64,000 nucleotides of DNA from positions 9,858,001 through 9,922,000 of the forward strand of contig NC_092680.1 in NCBI RefSeq assembly GCF_964355755.1, read 5' to 3'. This DNA is from Antedon mediterranea (lineage: Eukaryota > Animalia > Echinodermata). Positions 37,965-48,222 of this stretch are shown in pieces; the stretch's first letter is position 1, and each line of letters starts with the position of its first letter. The translations under genes and the position numbers were made by a program. The notes beneath the pieces were generated by a model. That model was not told the DNA's origin. It did not search any database and worked only from the letters and a program-made list of their open reading frames with translations.

Positions 37965-38911
37965 CCGTAAATCTTCTAATTGTAACCCTAACTTTTCCGA
38001 TCAGCAATTCATAGCAAAATAATAAAACAGTATAAATAAACAAATTTGGTTGAAATCTAGCTTTATTTTATCAACGTTAAACATAAATTATGGCGGAAGC
38101 TAGTGTACTGTAGATGATGTGTATAAAACTACATTTTTGATTAACATCAGGGGCCACAAGTGTATAAACAAGTCTGGAAACCAATCACAGGTGAATGGCT
38201 ACACTGGTATAATGATGATAGAGACGAAACACTATTGTATGACTAGACTTGCCCCAAGTCTGTATTCACTGTCTTTTTTATTTATTTTTTATTTATTCGG
38301 ATTTTTTTCTGAAAATATCCAAGTAGTACAAGTAGTATACGTATGAAACGCCATATGTGCAAAAATATTATCTTTTTACTAGTATTAAATCAATACAGCG
38401 ACAAGAATGCCTTAGGTGCCTACAAAGAAAATCATGAAGAGGTTTGTTGGACATGCCTCAATTGAATTGTCAAGAATTCTTGCTGGATTCTAAAAATTAA
38501 ATGATACTCATAAAAGTACAGTGGAAGTAATGGGGAAAAGATTATTGTCGCTACTTGTGACCGAAAACAAATCGAAAAATATTGATTGATGAACTGTCAA
38601 GGGTTGTATTAAAATATCCTTATTTTGAACTAAAACAATAATTGAGGCATACTAAGCTGGAGTACGTACAAATAAGGATCATCGACACAATCACATTGTG
38701 AAAAAATGCCTATTTTAAGGAATACATCGTGTTAAAATCAACAGAAATGTTGATTTTAGTGTCATTTTGTCAATAGTTTTTCTGACTTTAATAGTAACCC
38801 TCATGGGTTACTATTAGAGTAGTTGATTAATATTATAGCTTGACTACGTATAAGGTGGGTTACTATTATAAAGGGTTTACTATTAGAGTATTGCTATTAG
38901 AAGATTTACGT
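37965..38911 (-). mobile_element. pogo/Tc1-mariner-like deleted DNA transposon
   Basis: TA-CCGTAAATCTTCTAAT ... ATTAGAAGATTTACG(T)-TA TIRs; subterminal GGGTTACTATT repeats; degenerate QPL(D)V-like transposase remnant ~38590-38610. Confidence 0.65.
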
Positions 38912-38920
38912 TATTATTTA

Positions 38921-38948
38921 CTAGAATTAGTACCCGTCTTCTACGGGT
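38921..38948 (-). mobile_element. Helitron 3' terminus (hairpin + CTAG)
   Basis: Minus strand ACCCGTAGAAGACGGGT hairpin then ACTAATTCTAG|T; 5' end not located. Confidence 0.5.
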
Positions 38949-40519
38949 GTGAGCCCTACTGATTAACAGATTTCAACCACGCTCAGAAAACTTGTCATCA
39001 AACGTATGTCAATTATATGAAAGCGTCGCAATTGAAGTCATTTTCTACGTTTTAAATTCATTGATATACAAAGGATTGAAAGAATATTTAACATAACATA
39101 CGTCTGGTACAGGTAGGCTAAATGCTTATTGTAAGTACGCAATGTATGCGGTCAGAAACAAAAATAAATACAGACCATTTTGCACTATATTTTAAACACA
39201 CTTGCAAGTTTTAGGTCCACTCTGTTATTTACGAATTCGAAAGTATTGCTAGAACATAATATTGAAAAGAATTTGAAATAATGATATGTCCGTAGATATG
39301 CAAATAATTAATTATTATTTAAGTTAATGATTACCATACAGTACAAACAAATGTTTATTACTGAAATACAATGTTAATACACAAAATAAATAAAATAAAA
39401 CATTAGAAGCTTTTATTATCTTTACATGTAATTAGGAAGCTTATGGAAGAATTATAAATTACTCCATGAGCTTGTATAATATACATTACCACTTATTTAA
39501 CTATAGAACTTTCATTACAAAAGTTTACTACTTGGATTGGAGAGACAAAAATCGAAAACTAATATACAACTATATGGGCACAAAATGTTAAGGCGTGTAA
39601 CGCGTTATAACAATTACGTTACTATAATAATCAATACACTGTAAATTAGCAGACTCAGGTGGTCGAACGTTGACAATCCCGAATACGATGATACAATGGG
39701 ACAGATTGTATGTACAGTAGCCGGCATATAAAGTGCATGATGTAAGCACTTCAAAGTAAAATTAAAATACATTTACATACTTTTTGATTGTACAACTTAT
39801 GAAATCCAGAGTAAACAAATTATAATTATAATTACGATTCTGTACCAACTATAGGCTGGTAATTATCCGGCGGATTTGTACAATAATGAATGAATACTAC
39901 GTTCAAACCTCGGGTATAACATGAAATTGTTTGGGACGTTCAGGGCTTGAGTATGCCCAAGTTAAAACGTGGTAGCATTATAAGTTTATAGTAATAATCG
40001 CCTTACATAAACGAATAATTCGCATTCCCGTTGTCAAAATACAGGTGGTATAACAGATGTACGATTGAAAGAAAACGAATACTGTAGGCTAAACGTAGGG
40101 CCTAAACTTCAAATAGAAAGATATAGCAATATAGTTATATAGCCTACATAAAGCATCGTATAGATGTTTATTATTACAAATGGAAGTAAACTGAAGTAAT
40201 CCAAGACCACGTGGCTTTTCTTTTACTTAAAAATTGTGCCTACCTATCGACTCACCTCTCTGATATCTCAGGTAATTTTAAAAATATCAGTCATCATTCA
40301 ATTTATATTTGGTTTACGAACTGTTTATATAGACCATGACCATGTCCGTTGCAAGATTGATTTTGAGTGCACAATTTACAACAACAGAGATTGTACCACG
40401 GCGTGCATAGAGGACAAACTTTTTGTGTTTGCCTTTTATACATATAGATTTAGGTTCTATTCTTTATGGACCTTGTACTTAAGCGTGATGAACCACGCTC
40501 GTTAAAGATGTTAACTTAT

Positions 40520-40557
40520 TTTAACTTTTGTATTTTACTTTTAATGATTACAGAACC
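40520..40557 (+). other. Probable splice acceptor 4 nt upstream of the ATG (5'UTR intron)
   Basis: T-rich tract + TTACAG|AACC-ATG; same arrangement CAACAG|AATC-ATG in the paralog at 59626-59638. Confidence 0.65.
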
Positions 40558-43500
40558 ATGTGGTGTATTCGAGTTGCTCTACTTTCTATTTTGTTCCTGG
40601 TAGCTGTGAAAGGAGATTCAAGAACTATAAAAAACGACGAAAATACAATCAAGGCAGTTTCAAGGCCTGATGTAAACTTGGATGTGAAAGCAGACCTATC
40701 GAGTGTTAGCCCTCTAAGTGCTATCACATCAGATGAGACAGACAGAGTAAAATTACGTTGTCGTAGACGGAGGAGAGTACGTCGATGTCGTAGGCGACAC
40801 CGTCGTTGTGTAAGACGACGTTGTCGCCATTGCAAAAGACGACATAGACGTTGTCGGCGCTCTATAAGACGACGTTACCGTTGCAGAAGACGGCGTTGTA
40901 GGCGATACCGTCGACAATATCGTCGCTCGATTTGCCGACGACGACGCCGTTGCAGAAGACGATATAGACGCGTTCGTCGATGTATAAGACGGCGTAATCG
41001 TTCCAGAAGACGTCGCTGTAGGCGATACCATCGACGTTATCGTCGCTGTGTTAGGCAACGACGACGACGTCAACGCAGAATACAATATAGGCGTGTTCGT
41101 CGATGTATAAGACGGCGTTACCGACATCGTTGTAGGCGATACCATCGACGATATAGAGTTTATTGGCGTCACAATCGTTGCTATATGTTAGTCCACCGAG
41201 GCAGTTGCGTTCGTCGATACCGCATTAAATACAGGTACTATCGACATAAGTTATACATCTATTACAGGCGAAGATGGCGCTGTGTTCGACGATTTAAACG
41301 TAATGGAAGATGGTATACGTACTACAGAGGTCGTTACGTTATAAGACGTCGTTTTAGGAGATGCTACCGTAGAATTTATTGGTATAGAAACCGTTGTTAC
41401 CTGTTGATCCGATGTGGTCGTCACATTCGACGATATCGTCTTAGATACAGATACCGTCGCCACATATTGTATGTTTATTACAGAAGACGATGGCGCATTG
41501 TTCGACGTTATAGACGTCATGGGAAATGGTATACGTACTACAGAGGTCGATACGTTACCAGACGTCGTTTTAGGCGATGTTACCGTAGAATATATTGGCG
41601 CAAAAACCGTTGTTACCTGTTGATCCGATGTGGTCGTCACGTTCGACGATATCGTCTTAGATACAGATACCGTCGTCACATATTGTATGTTTATTACAGA
41701 AGACGATGGCGCATTGTTCGACGTTATAGACGTCATGGGAAATGGTATACGTACTACAGAGGTCGATACGTTACAAGACGTCGTTTTAGGCGATGTTACC
41801 GTAGAATATATTGGCGCGGAAACCGTTGTTACCTGTTGATCCGATGTGGTCGTCACGTTCGACGATATCGTCTTAGATACAGATACCGTCGCCACATATT
41901 GTATGTTTATTACAGAAGACGATGGCGCATTGTTCGACGTTATAGACGTCATGGGAAATGGTATACGTACTACAGAGGTCGATACGTTACAAGACGTCGT
42001 TTTAGGCGATGTTACCGTAGAATATATTGGCGCAAAAACCGTTGTTACCTGTTGATCCGATGTGGTCGTCACGTTCGAAGATATCGTCTTAGATACAGAT
42101 ACCGTCGCCACATATTGTATGTTTATTACAGAAGACGATGGCGCATTGTTCGACGTTATAGACGTCATGGGAAATGGTATACGTACTACAGAGGTCGATA
42201 CGTTACAAGACGTCGTTTTAAGAGATGTTACCGAAGAATATATTGGTACAGAAACCGTTGTTACCTGTTGATCCGATGTGGTCGTCACGTTCGACGATAT
42301 CGTCTTAGATACAGATACCGTCGCCACTTATTGTATGTTTATTACAGAAGACGATGGCGCATTGTTCGACGTTATAGACGTCATGGGAAATGGTATACGT
42401 ACTACAGAGGTCGATACGTTACAAGACGTCGTTTTAAGAGATGTTACCGAAGAATATATTGGTACAGAAACCGTTGTTACCTGTTGATCCGATATGGTCG
42501 TCACGTTCGACGATATCGTCTTAGATACAGATACCGTCGCCACTTATTGTATGTTTATTACAAAAGACGATGGCGCATTGTTCGACGTTACAGACGCAAT
42601 CGAATATTGTATATCCTATATCGAGGTCGATATGTTATTAAGCGATCTATACCGTCCCGTTCAATCAAAGTAGTACGGAAACACACTTACTATATGTGGA
42701 AACGAAACGTATTGTACCGTTGTACTAGACTTGGTCGCGTTTACCGTAGATACCGGGTCCGTTATCGATGGCGTAGTGGGCGACTGTTTGCATACATTCG
42801 ACGCAGATGGTGCATGGTTCGTAAATTTAATCAACATGGTGCACGCTATGCTTTCCGTGGAAGGCGATATGTAGTGAGTGGACACTGGCATCCAGGTTTT
42901 TATTTCTACTTCACACAGAATAAATTGTACATGCGTGTTCGCTGTGGCAGACTTCGCAATAAGTACCGCGTAAGATATAGATGGCGAGGTCAATCCTTAT
43001 ATTATTTTGACGGCGGTAGATGGCAATCTTTGTCTAAATACAGTCAATATGGCGCACGTTATAGATTTAATGGAAGACAATTTGTTATTAATGGTCACTG
43101 GCGTCCTCGATTTTATTTCTCTTGGAAGGGAACAAGCCTTTACTTGATGTTTCGCTGTGGTAGACAACTTGGAAAATATCGCGTAAGTTACAGATGGCGT
43201 GGACGCACTTTATATTACTTCGATAGCGGTAGATGGAGTGTAGTCCGTAAATATACGACTAACGGCATTAGTTATGTTTTCTCTGGTGGAAGATTTATTA
43301 CAAAATCGCGTTGCTCCCGTAAGTTCTACTTAAAAAATCGGCGACTTTATGTACGAATCCAATACGGAGGACGCGTTACTAGTTATGTAGTAAGTTTTAG
43401 GTATAGTGGTCGACGGTTGATGTATTGGTGGGGTGGCAGATGGTATACCGTTAGTAAATACAGCAAAAATGGTGTAATTTACTGCTATAGTAATGGTCGC

Positions 43501-43572
43501 TATACACAAAGCTCATCGAAGATCCATACTATTCATACATATACAACTCACTATACGCTAAACTTCAAATAA
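40558..43572 (+). CDS. Uncharacterised secreted Arg/Tyr/Trp-rich tandem-repeat protein precursor (~1004 aa)
   Basis: 3-kb open frame; signal peptide MWCIRVALLSILFLVAVKG; acidic pro-region; Arg/Cys tract; 216-bp coding repeats with diverged in-frame copies; AATAAA at 43665 with downstream T/G-rich tract; paralog at 59636. Confidence 0.85.
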   Translation: MWCIRVALLSILFLVAVKGDSRTIKNDENTIKAVSRPDVNLDVKADLSSVSPLSAITSDETDRVKLRCRRRRRVRRCRRRHRRCVRRRCRHCKRRHRRCRRSIRRRYRCRRRRCRRYRRQYRRSICRRRRRCRRRYRRVRRCIRRRNRSRRRRCRRYHRRYRRCVRQRRRRQRRIQYRRVRRCIRRRYRHRCRRYHRRYRVYWRHNRCYMLVHRGSCVRRYRIKYRYYRHKLYIYYRRRWRCVRRFKRNGRWYTYYRGRYVIRRRFRRCYRRIYWYRNRCYLLIRCGRHIRRYRLRYRYRRHILYVYYRRRWRIVRRYRRHGKWYTYYRGRYVTRRRFRRCYRRIYWRKNRCYLLIRCGRHVRRYRLRYRYRRHILYVYYRRRWRIVRRYRRHGKWYTYYRGRYVTRRRFRRCYRRIYWRGNRCYLLIRCGRHVRRYRLRYRYRRHILYVYYRRRWRIVRRYRRHGKWYTYYRGRYVTRRRFRRCYRRIYWRKNRCYLLIRCGRHVRRYRLRYRYRRHILYVYYRRRWRIVRRYRRHGKWYTYYRGRYVTRRRFKRCYRRIYWYRNRCYLLIRCGRHVRRYRLRYRYRRHLLYVYYRRRWRIVRRYRRHGKWYTYYRGRYVTRRRFKRCYRRIYWYRNRCYLLIRYGRHVRRYRLRYRYRRHLLYVYYKRRWRIVRRYRRNRILYILYRGRYVIKRSIPSRSIKVVRKHTYYMWKRNVLYRCTRLGRVYRRYRVRYRWRSGRLFAYIRRRWCMVRKFNQHGARYAFRGRRYVVSGHWHPGFYFYFTQNKLYMRVRCGRLRNKYRVRYRWRGQSLYYFDGGRWQSLSKYSQYGARYRFNGRQFVINGHWRPRFYFSWKGTSLYLMFRCGRQLGKYRVSYRWRGRTLYYFDSGRWSVVRKYTTNGISYVFSGGRFITKSRCSRKFYLKNRRLYVRIQYGGRVTSYVVSFRYSGRRLMYWWGGRWYTVSKYSKNGVIYCYSNGRYTQSSSKIHTIHTYTTHYTLNFK
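41152..43515 (+). repeat. Coding tandem repeat, 216-bp (72-aa) unit; ~6 near-identical central copies plus ~5 diverged
   Basis: Alternate-frame ORFs recur at 41414, 41630, 41846, 42062, 42278 (216-bp spacing). Confidence 0.95.
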
Positions 43573-43664
43573 AAAACAGCGTAAAACGATAATTAATACA
43601 ACATACATAGTATTGAACGTTAATATCTATGGTAGGCCTACACATTTTATATCATCAATCAGTC

Positions 43665-43670
43665 AATAAA
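43665..43670 (+). terminator. Putative polyadenylation signal of the Arg/Tyr-rich gene
   Basis: AATAAA ~90 nt after the stop, followed by TGTTTGTATTTTTTGTTTTGTTG. Confidence 0.55.
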
Positions 43671-45881
43671 TTACAAACAATTTAAATATGTTTGTATTTT
43701 TTGTTTTGTTGTACACCTTACAGTTAACTTTCAGACATATTTTTTAAAATTCAACAATAATTATATAACTTGGAACCCCATTTTTTGACATCAAAGTTTA
43801 ACCAATTTTAATTTACGGAAGTGGGATATGGGCCTTTTCGAATTTATCACTAATTGATCATTTACATACACGTTTTTTAAGATTTATTTTAGGCATTGGA
43901 AACAGCGCACCCAGCGTGACTGTCAAATCAGAATTAGGCAGACTATCCGAGTCGGGTTGGTGAACATCAGTCCAAAATACGCAAATTTTTTTCCAAAATA
44001 CGTCAACTTGAGGGCGCTATACTAATCCAAAATACGCGAGTCTTTCCAAAATACGTCGACTTGAGGGCGTTATTCATTTTCCAAAATACGTGAATTGTCC
44101 AAAATACGTAAAATTGAGGGCGCTATTCATTTTCCAAAATACGCGATTTGTCCAAAATACGTCAATTTGGGACTGCTAGTAATTTTCCAAAATACGTCAA
44201 CTTGAGGGCGGCAAACTTGTTTCCAAAATACGAGAGCCTTTCCAAATGTATCATTGAGAGTGTAAGGTAAAATTACAATTTAATGTATTTCTTAGAATAA
44301 AACAAACAAGTACATTTTAGTTATAAATGAAATTATTGGAAGGCAGAATTTTTTGTAAATAAAATGTCATAGAGTAGCCAATTATTATTTTTCAATGTAA
44401 TCATTTATTACTGAATAAAAACAAATATGTGTGTCAATAGACACAGTGCCTATAATATACATTAATAATGTCTGAACGATGTACGATTGCATTGCCAGAC
44501 GTAGCTAGTTTAAATGAGGCATAAACCGGCTACAAAAACAGCATGTACAAGTATAGTCATAGGTGTGTGTTATATATTTGGTGATCTACAAAATTGATAT
44601 TTTTCCCGAGCTCGACAGACCAACATCGCTTTCAATTTAATGTACTTATGGTCTAATACAAGTTATCTAATCTGAATTCTAACACAATAGTTAGTTTATA
44701 TAATAAAAATAATAAAAAGGTATATGGTATTGTAATTAAAATAATATCAATAATTGGTTAGAAGAAGTAAAGTAATTATTTTTTGACACGAAAACGTCGG
44801 CAAAATACCCATAGTTAAAACAGTTAGTTAAAGTTCAAAATGGTTAGGTTAAAGATGTATTGTCCCCCAAAAAATGAAAAATAAAGATGAAAAAAATCAA
44901 ATTTTGAATAGACCGTTTTGTAGTTAACATAAAGTTATTCACTTCCACCGAAAAAAAATCCGAAAAAAATATTGATTTCGCTTATAAAAAAATCAAAATA
45001 AATTTACCATTTTTTCGAACTCATCGGCTCAGAAATTAGGCCGGTAGAGCTAACTCATACATATGCATGATATGTTAATGAGCATCCACACAGCAGAGAT
45101 CTGATCTATCTAACAATGGACGATGCACGTTGTATGGTACAACAACACCACCAGAGATCGACGCGACTGTGGGTTTCCCTGGGATGGCTGATCGTATAAA
45201 TATGTAAAGCTGAGCTGTTAATTTGTCGGTATGTAGGCCTAGACGGTTATTTTAAATATAATAATAGGATCAGGTGCCGTTTTCGGCCACCTCGACTTAT
45301 ATGGACTATACCATTATTATGGTAGGGGTGTGGTGTATTATGTTAGCTACTTAATCTTAGCTACATTCCGAAAATACAGCCAGCTTGCTGTACCATATAT
45401 ATTTACAGTTGAAGCTTGTTTAACTAATTTTTATGATAAAAATAAAACAAACATTTTTCAGGGAAAATGGTTGCAATACAAGCCTGAAATTGAGAACCTT
45501 CCAGCAGCACTGTACAAGTAGACAGAGGGGAAAAGCCAGCTTAGCCATTTTACAACACAAACAAATGTTCTCTGTACTGTAGTAAGTCAAATATTTATTT
45601 TCTATTTTTATAAGTTATAACATTATAAGTAATGTGTTTTAATTACCATAGAAAGGTAGTATACTTATTTGACTATGTCAAAGTAAGCAATTTCACTAGC
45701 CCAATTTTGCACTAAATATGCATGATCTACTCAACTCAACTCAACGTAAACATTTATTTTCTTTCTTTCATTCAATAATAAAACAAATGAATAAGGTATT
45801 AAAAAAAGTAAGTACGAGTTACAAATAATACATTTCATTAATATAATATATAAACACGACAGGCAAAGAACATTAGTTCTA

Positions 45882-46012
45882 AACCAAAGGCAAATAACTG
45901 AAAAAAATGACAATGCTGTGGGTATCAGTGGCTGGATCTCAATGGAGATACAAAAAAAGCGAAAAACTAAATCAAAACGATAAAGTAGACAGCCAGAAAA
46001 GTTATCAGAGCT
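45882..46012 (-). mobile_element. Penelope pLTR terminal fragment
   Basis: CCAAAGGCAAATAACTGAAAAAAATGACAATGCTGTGGGTATCAGTGGCTGGATCTCAATGGAGATACAA matches 32947-33015 and reverse of 35420-35556. Confidence 0.8.
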
Positions 46013-46079
46013 ATATACATACACACACACACATACATATATACAAATCAATTGTGTTGCATAGCACTGTGTAAATATA

Positions 46080-48222
46080 TATAAATAAATAAATTATTTT
46101 ATTTTTTTAATATATTGATAACATCAAATAATACCTTATATAAAAAGAACTGCAACATGTGGAAAAAAAGATGGCAATCCACGAAAGGCAAGCCTGTGAT
46201 GTGGAAGCCCACACAATGAAGTAATAAATAAGTTAGACAGAACGACAAACACATAGGTACAGAACAAACTTACAGGACACGAATCACAACACAAACAGAC
46301 ATCAACAAACAGAACATGCACAGACACACCCGAACACACATCACCAGGGGAAAACATTAATATTTAGAAATGAGGAAAGATTTGAATGTTTTATTAAATA
46401 AAAATTTAGTAGCCGAATGTTTAATTTGAAAAGGAATTTTATTCCAATTCATGGGACCAGTATATCTGATTGAATGTTTAAAGGCAGTGAGTCTTGGTTT
46501 TGGCAAATGTAGGTCTTGTGCAATACGAGTATTATAATTATGAACTTCGTGATTAAATTTGAAGAGATGAGATGAAGGAGAATCAGCTGTCAAAGAGTCA
46601 TAAATAAATGACATTTGTTGAAAAAGATTGATATCAGCTAATTTAAGAAAATTATGTACGGAAAAAATAGGGGAAGTATGAGAAAGACGATTCGAATGGG
46701 TAATAAGCCTAATGGCCTTTTTTTGTAAAATAATAAGTCTATCAATAGATGTCTTGTAATTATTAGCCCAAACAATATTGCAATAATTTAGGTAGGGCAA
46801 AATAAGAGAGCAATATAATAAACGCAAAATTGTTAAAGGGATATAGTGAGAAAGCCTATAGATAATTCCTATATTTTTTGAAACCTTCGAAGCAACCGAA
46901 TCAATATGACATTTCCATGTTAATTTAGAGTCAAGGAAAACTCCAAGAAACTGGACGGTATCAGTGAGCGGAATATTAATATTATTTAACAAAATTAAGT
47001 TATTTCCAAGAATGAAGGATTTGTTAGGACTGTGAAAAATAATAGCACTGCATTTTTTAAAGTTTACCGAAAGTTTATTAGCTGAAAAATATTTTAAAAC
47101 AGACTTAAGTTCGTTGTTAACAACATCAAATAGTGTATTAATGTCACTATGCGAATATAAAATAGTGGTGTCATCAGCATATAAGAAAGACGAGAGAATG
47201 GAGGAATTATAAAAATCATTAATATAAATTATGAATAATAGAGGGCCAAGCAATGACCCTTGTGGAACGCCACACGAGATGGACCGGAAATCCGATGTAT
47301 TATTATTGAATTTTGTGCACTGAGTGCGGTCAAGAAGATAGCTCTTGAATAAATCAAGTGCAATCCCTCTAACGCCATAGTGAGAAAGCTTAGATAACAA
47401 GATGTTGTGGTCAATGGTGTCAAAAGCTTTCGATAAATCAATCAAAATTTCCATGGATAATTTATTTTCTTCAAAAGCATCTAAAATATAGTTAGTCAGC
47501 TCAATAAGTGCCATTGAGGTGGAGTAGCATTTTCTAAATCCAAACTGATGCTGAAAGAGGACATTATTCTTTTGAAGAAAGGAATAAGTTCGATCATATA
47601 TAATGCGTTCAAATAATTTCGAAAAAATAGAGAGAATAGAAATAGGGCGGTAGTTGCTGATTTCAGAGGTGTTACCGGATTTAAAGACGGGAGTTACAAT
47701 AGCGCGCTTTAATTTGTCTGGAAAAATACCGCATGAAATCGAAGAATTAAAGATATGACAAAGGGGTTTGAAAATAAAATATGCAGATTGTTTAATAACA
47801 AAAGTATTAAATCCATCTAAACCAGGAGCTTTGTTGTTGCCAAATGAGGAAATAATTTTGAGAATTTCATTTTCATCAACTGGGTTTATAAATAGAGACT
47901 GCGCAACGGAATTGGGTAAATAGTCAGTAATACTAATATTGCGATCATGTGGAATTTTACTGGCAAGTGTGGGTCCAATGTCAACAAAAAAGTCATTGAA
48001 GCTATTAGCAATAATCTTTGGATCGCTAGTTAAGGTACCATTACAATTAATACGTTTTACATTGTTGCTTTTGCTGGGAGTAGTATGAAGTACATTTCTA
48101 ATTGTAGACCAAGTTTTTTTAATATTGTGTTGATGTTTGGTGAAGAGCTTAAGAAAGTAATCAGATTTTGAAGAGCGAATTATAGTAATGAGCAAATTAC
48201 GATATTGTTTAAACATCGTTTC
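46080..48222 (-). mobile_element. L2/Crack-like LINE, 5'-truncated; RT ORF 46357-48216 uninterrupted
   Basis: YRPISIL, QFGFR, DLSKAFD, GVPQGSLLGP, LYADDT, YCNIVW; 3'UTR with AATAAA and (TTTA)n. Confidence 0.9.

Noticed and set aside
40528-40557. Annotated TTG start of the 1014-aa ORF
   Set aside because: It lies in a polypyrimidine tract/splice acceptor. The ATG at 40558 begins the signal peptide and matches the paralog.
40753-42543. Antisense Thr/Ser/Val-rich mucin-like ORFs (139, 358, 71 aa) and the 69-aa alternate-frame ORFs
   Set aside because: Shadows of the Arg-codon repeat. They are broken by stops, lack a signal peptide and do not extend into the diverged repeats, whereas the + frame is open for 3 kb and conserved in the paralog.
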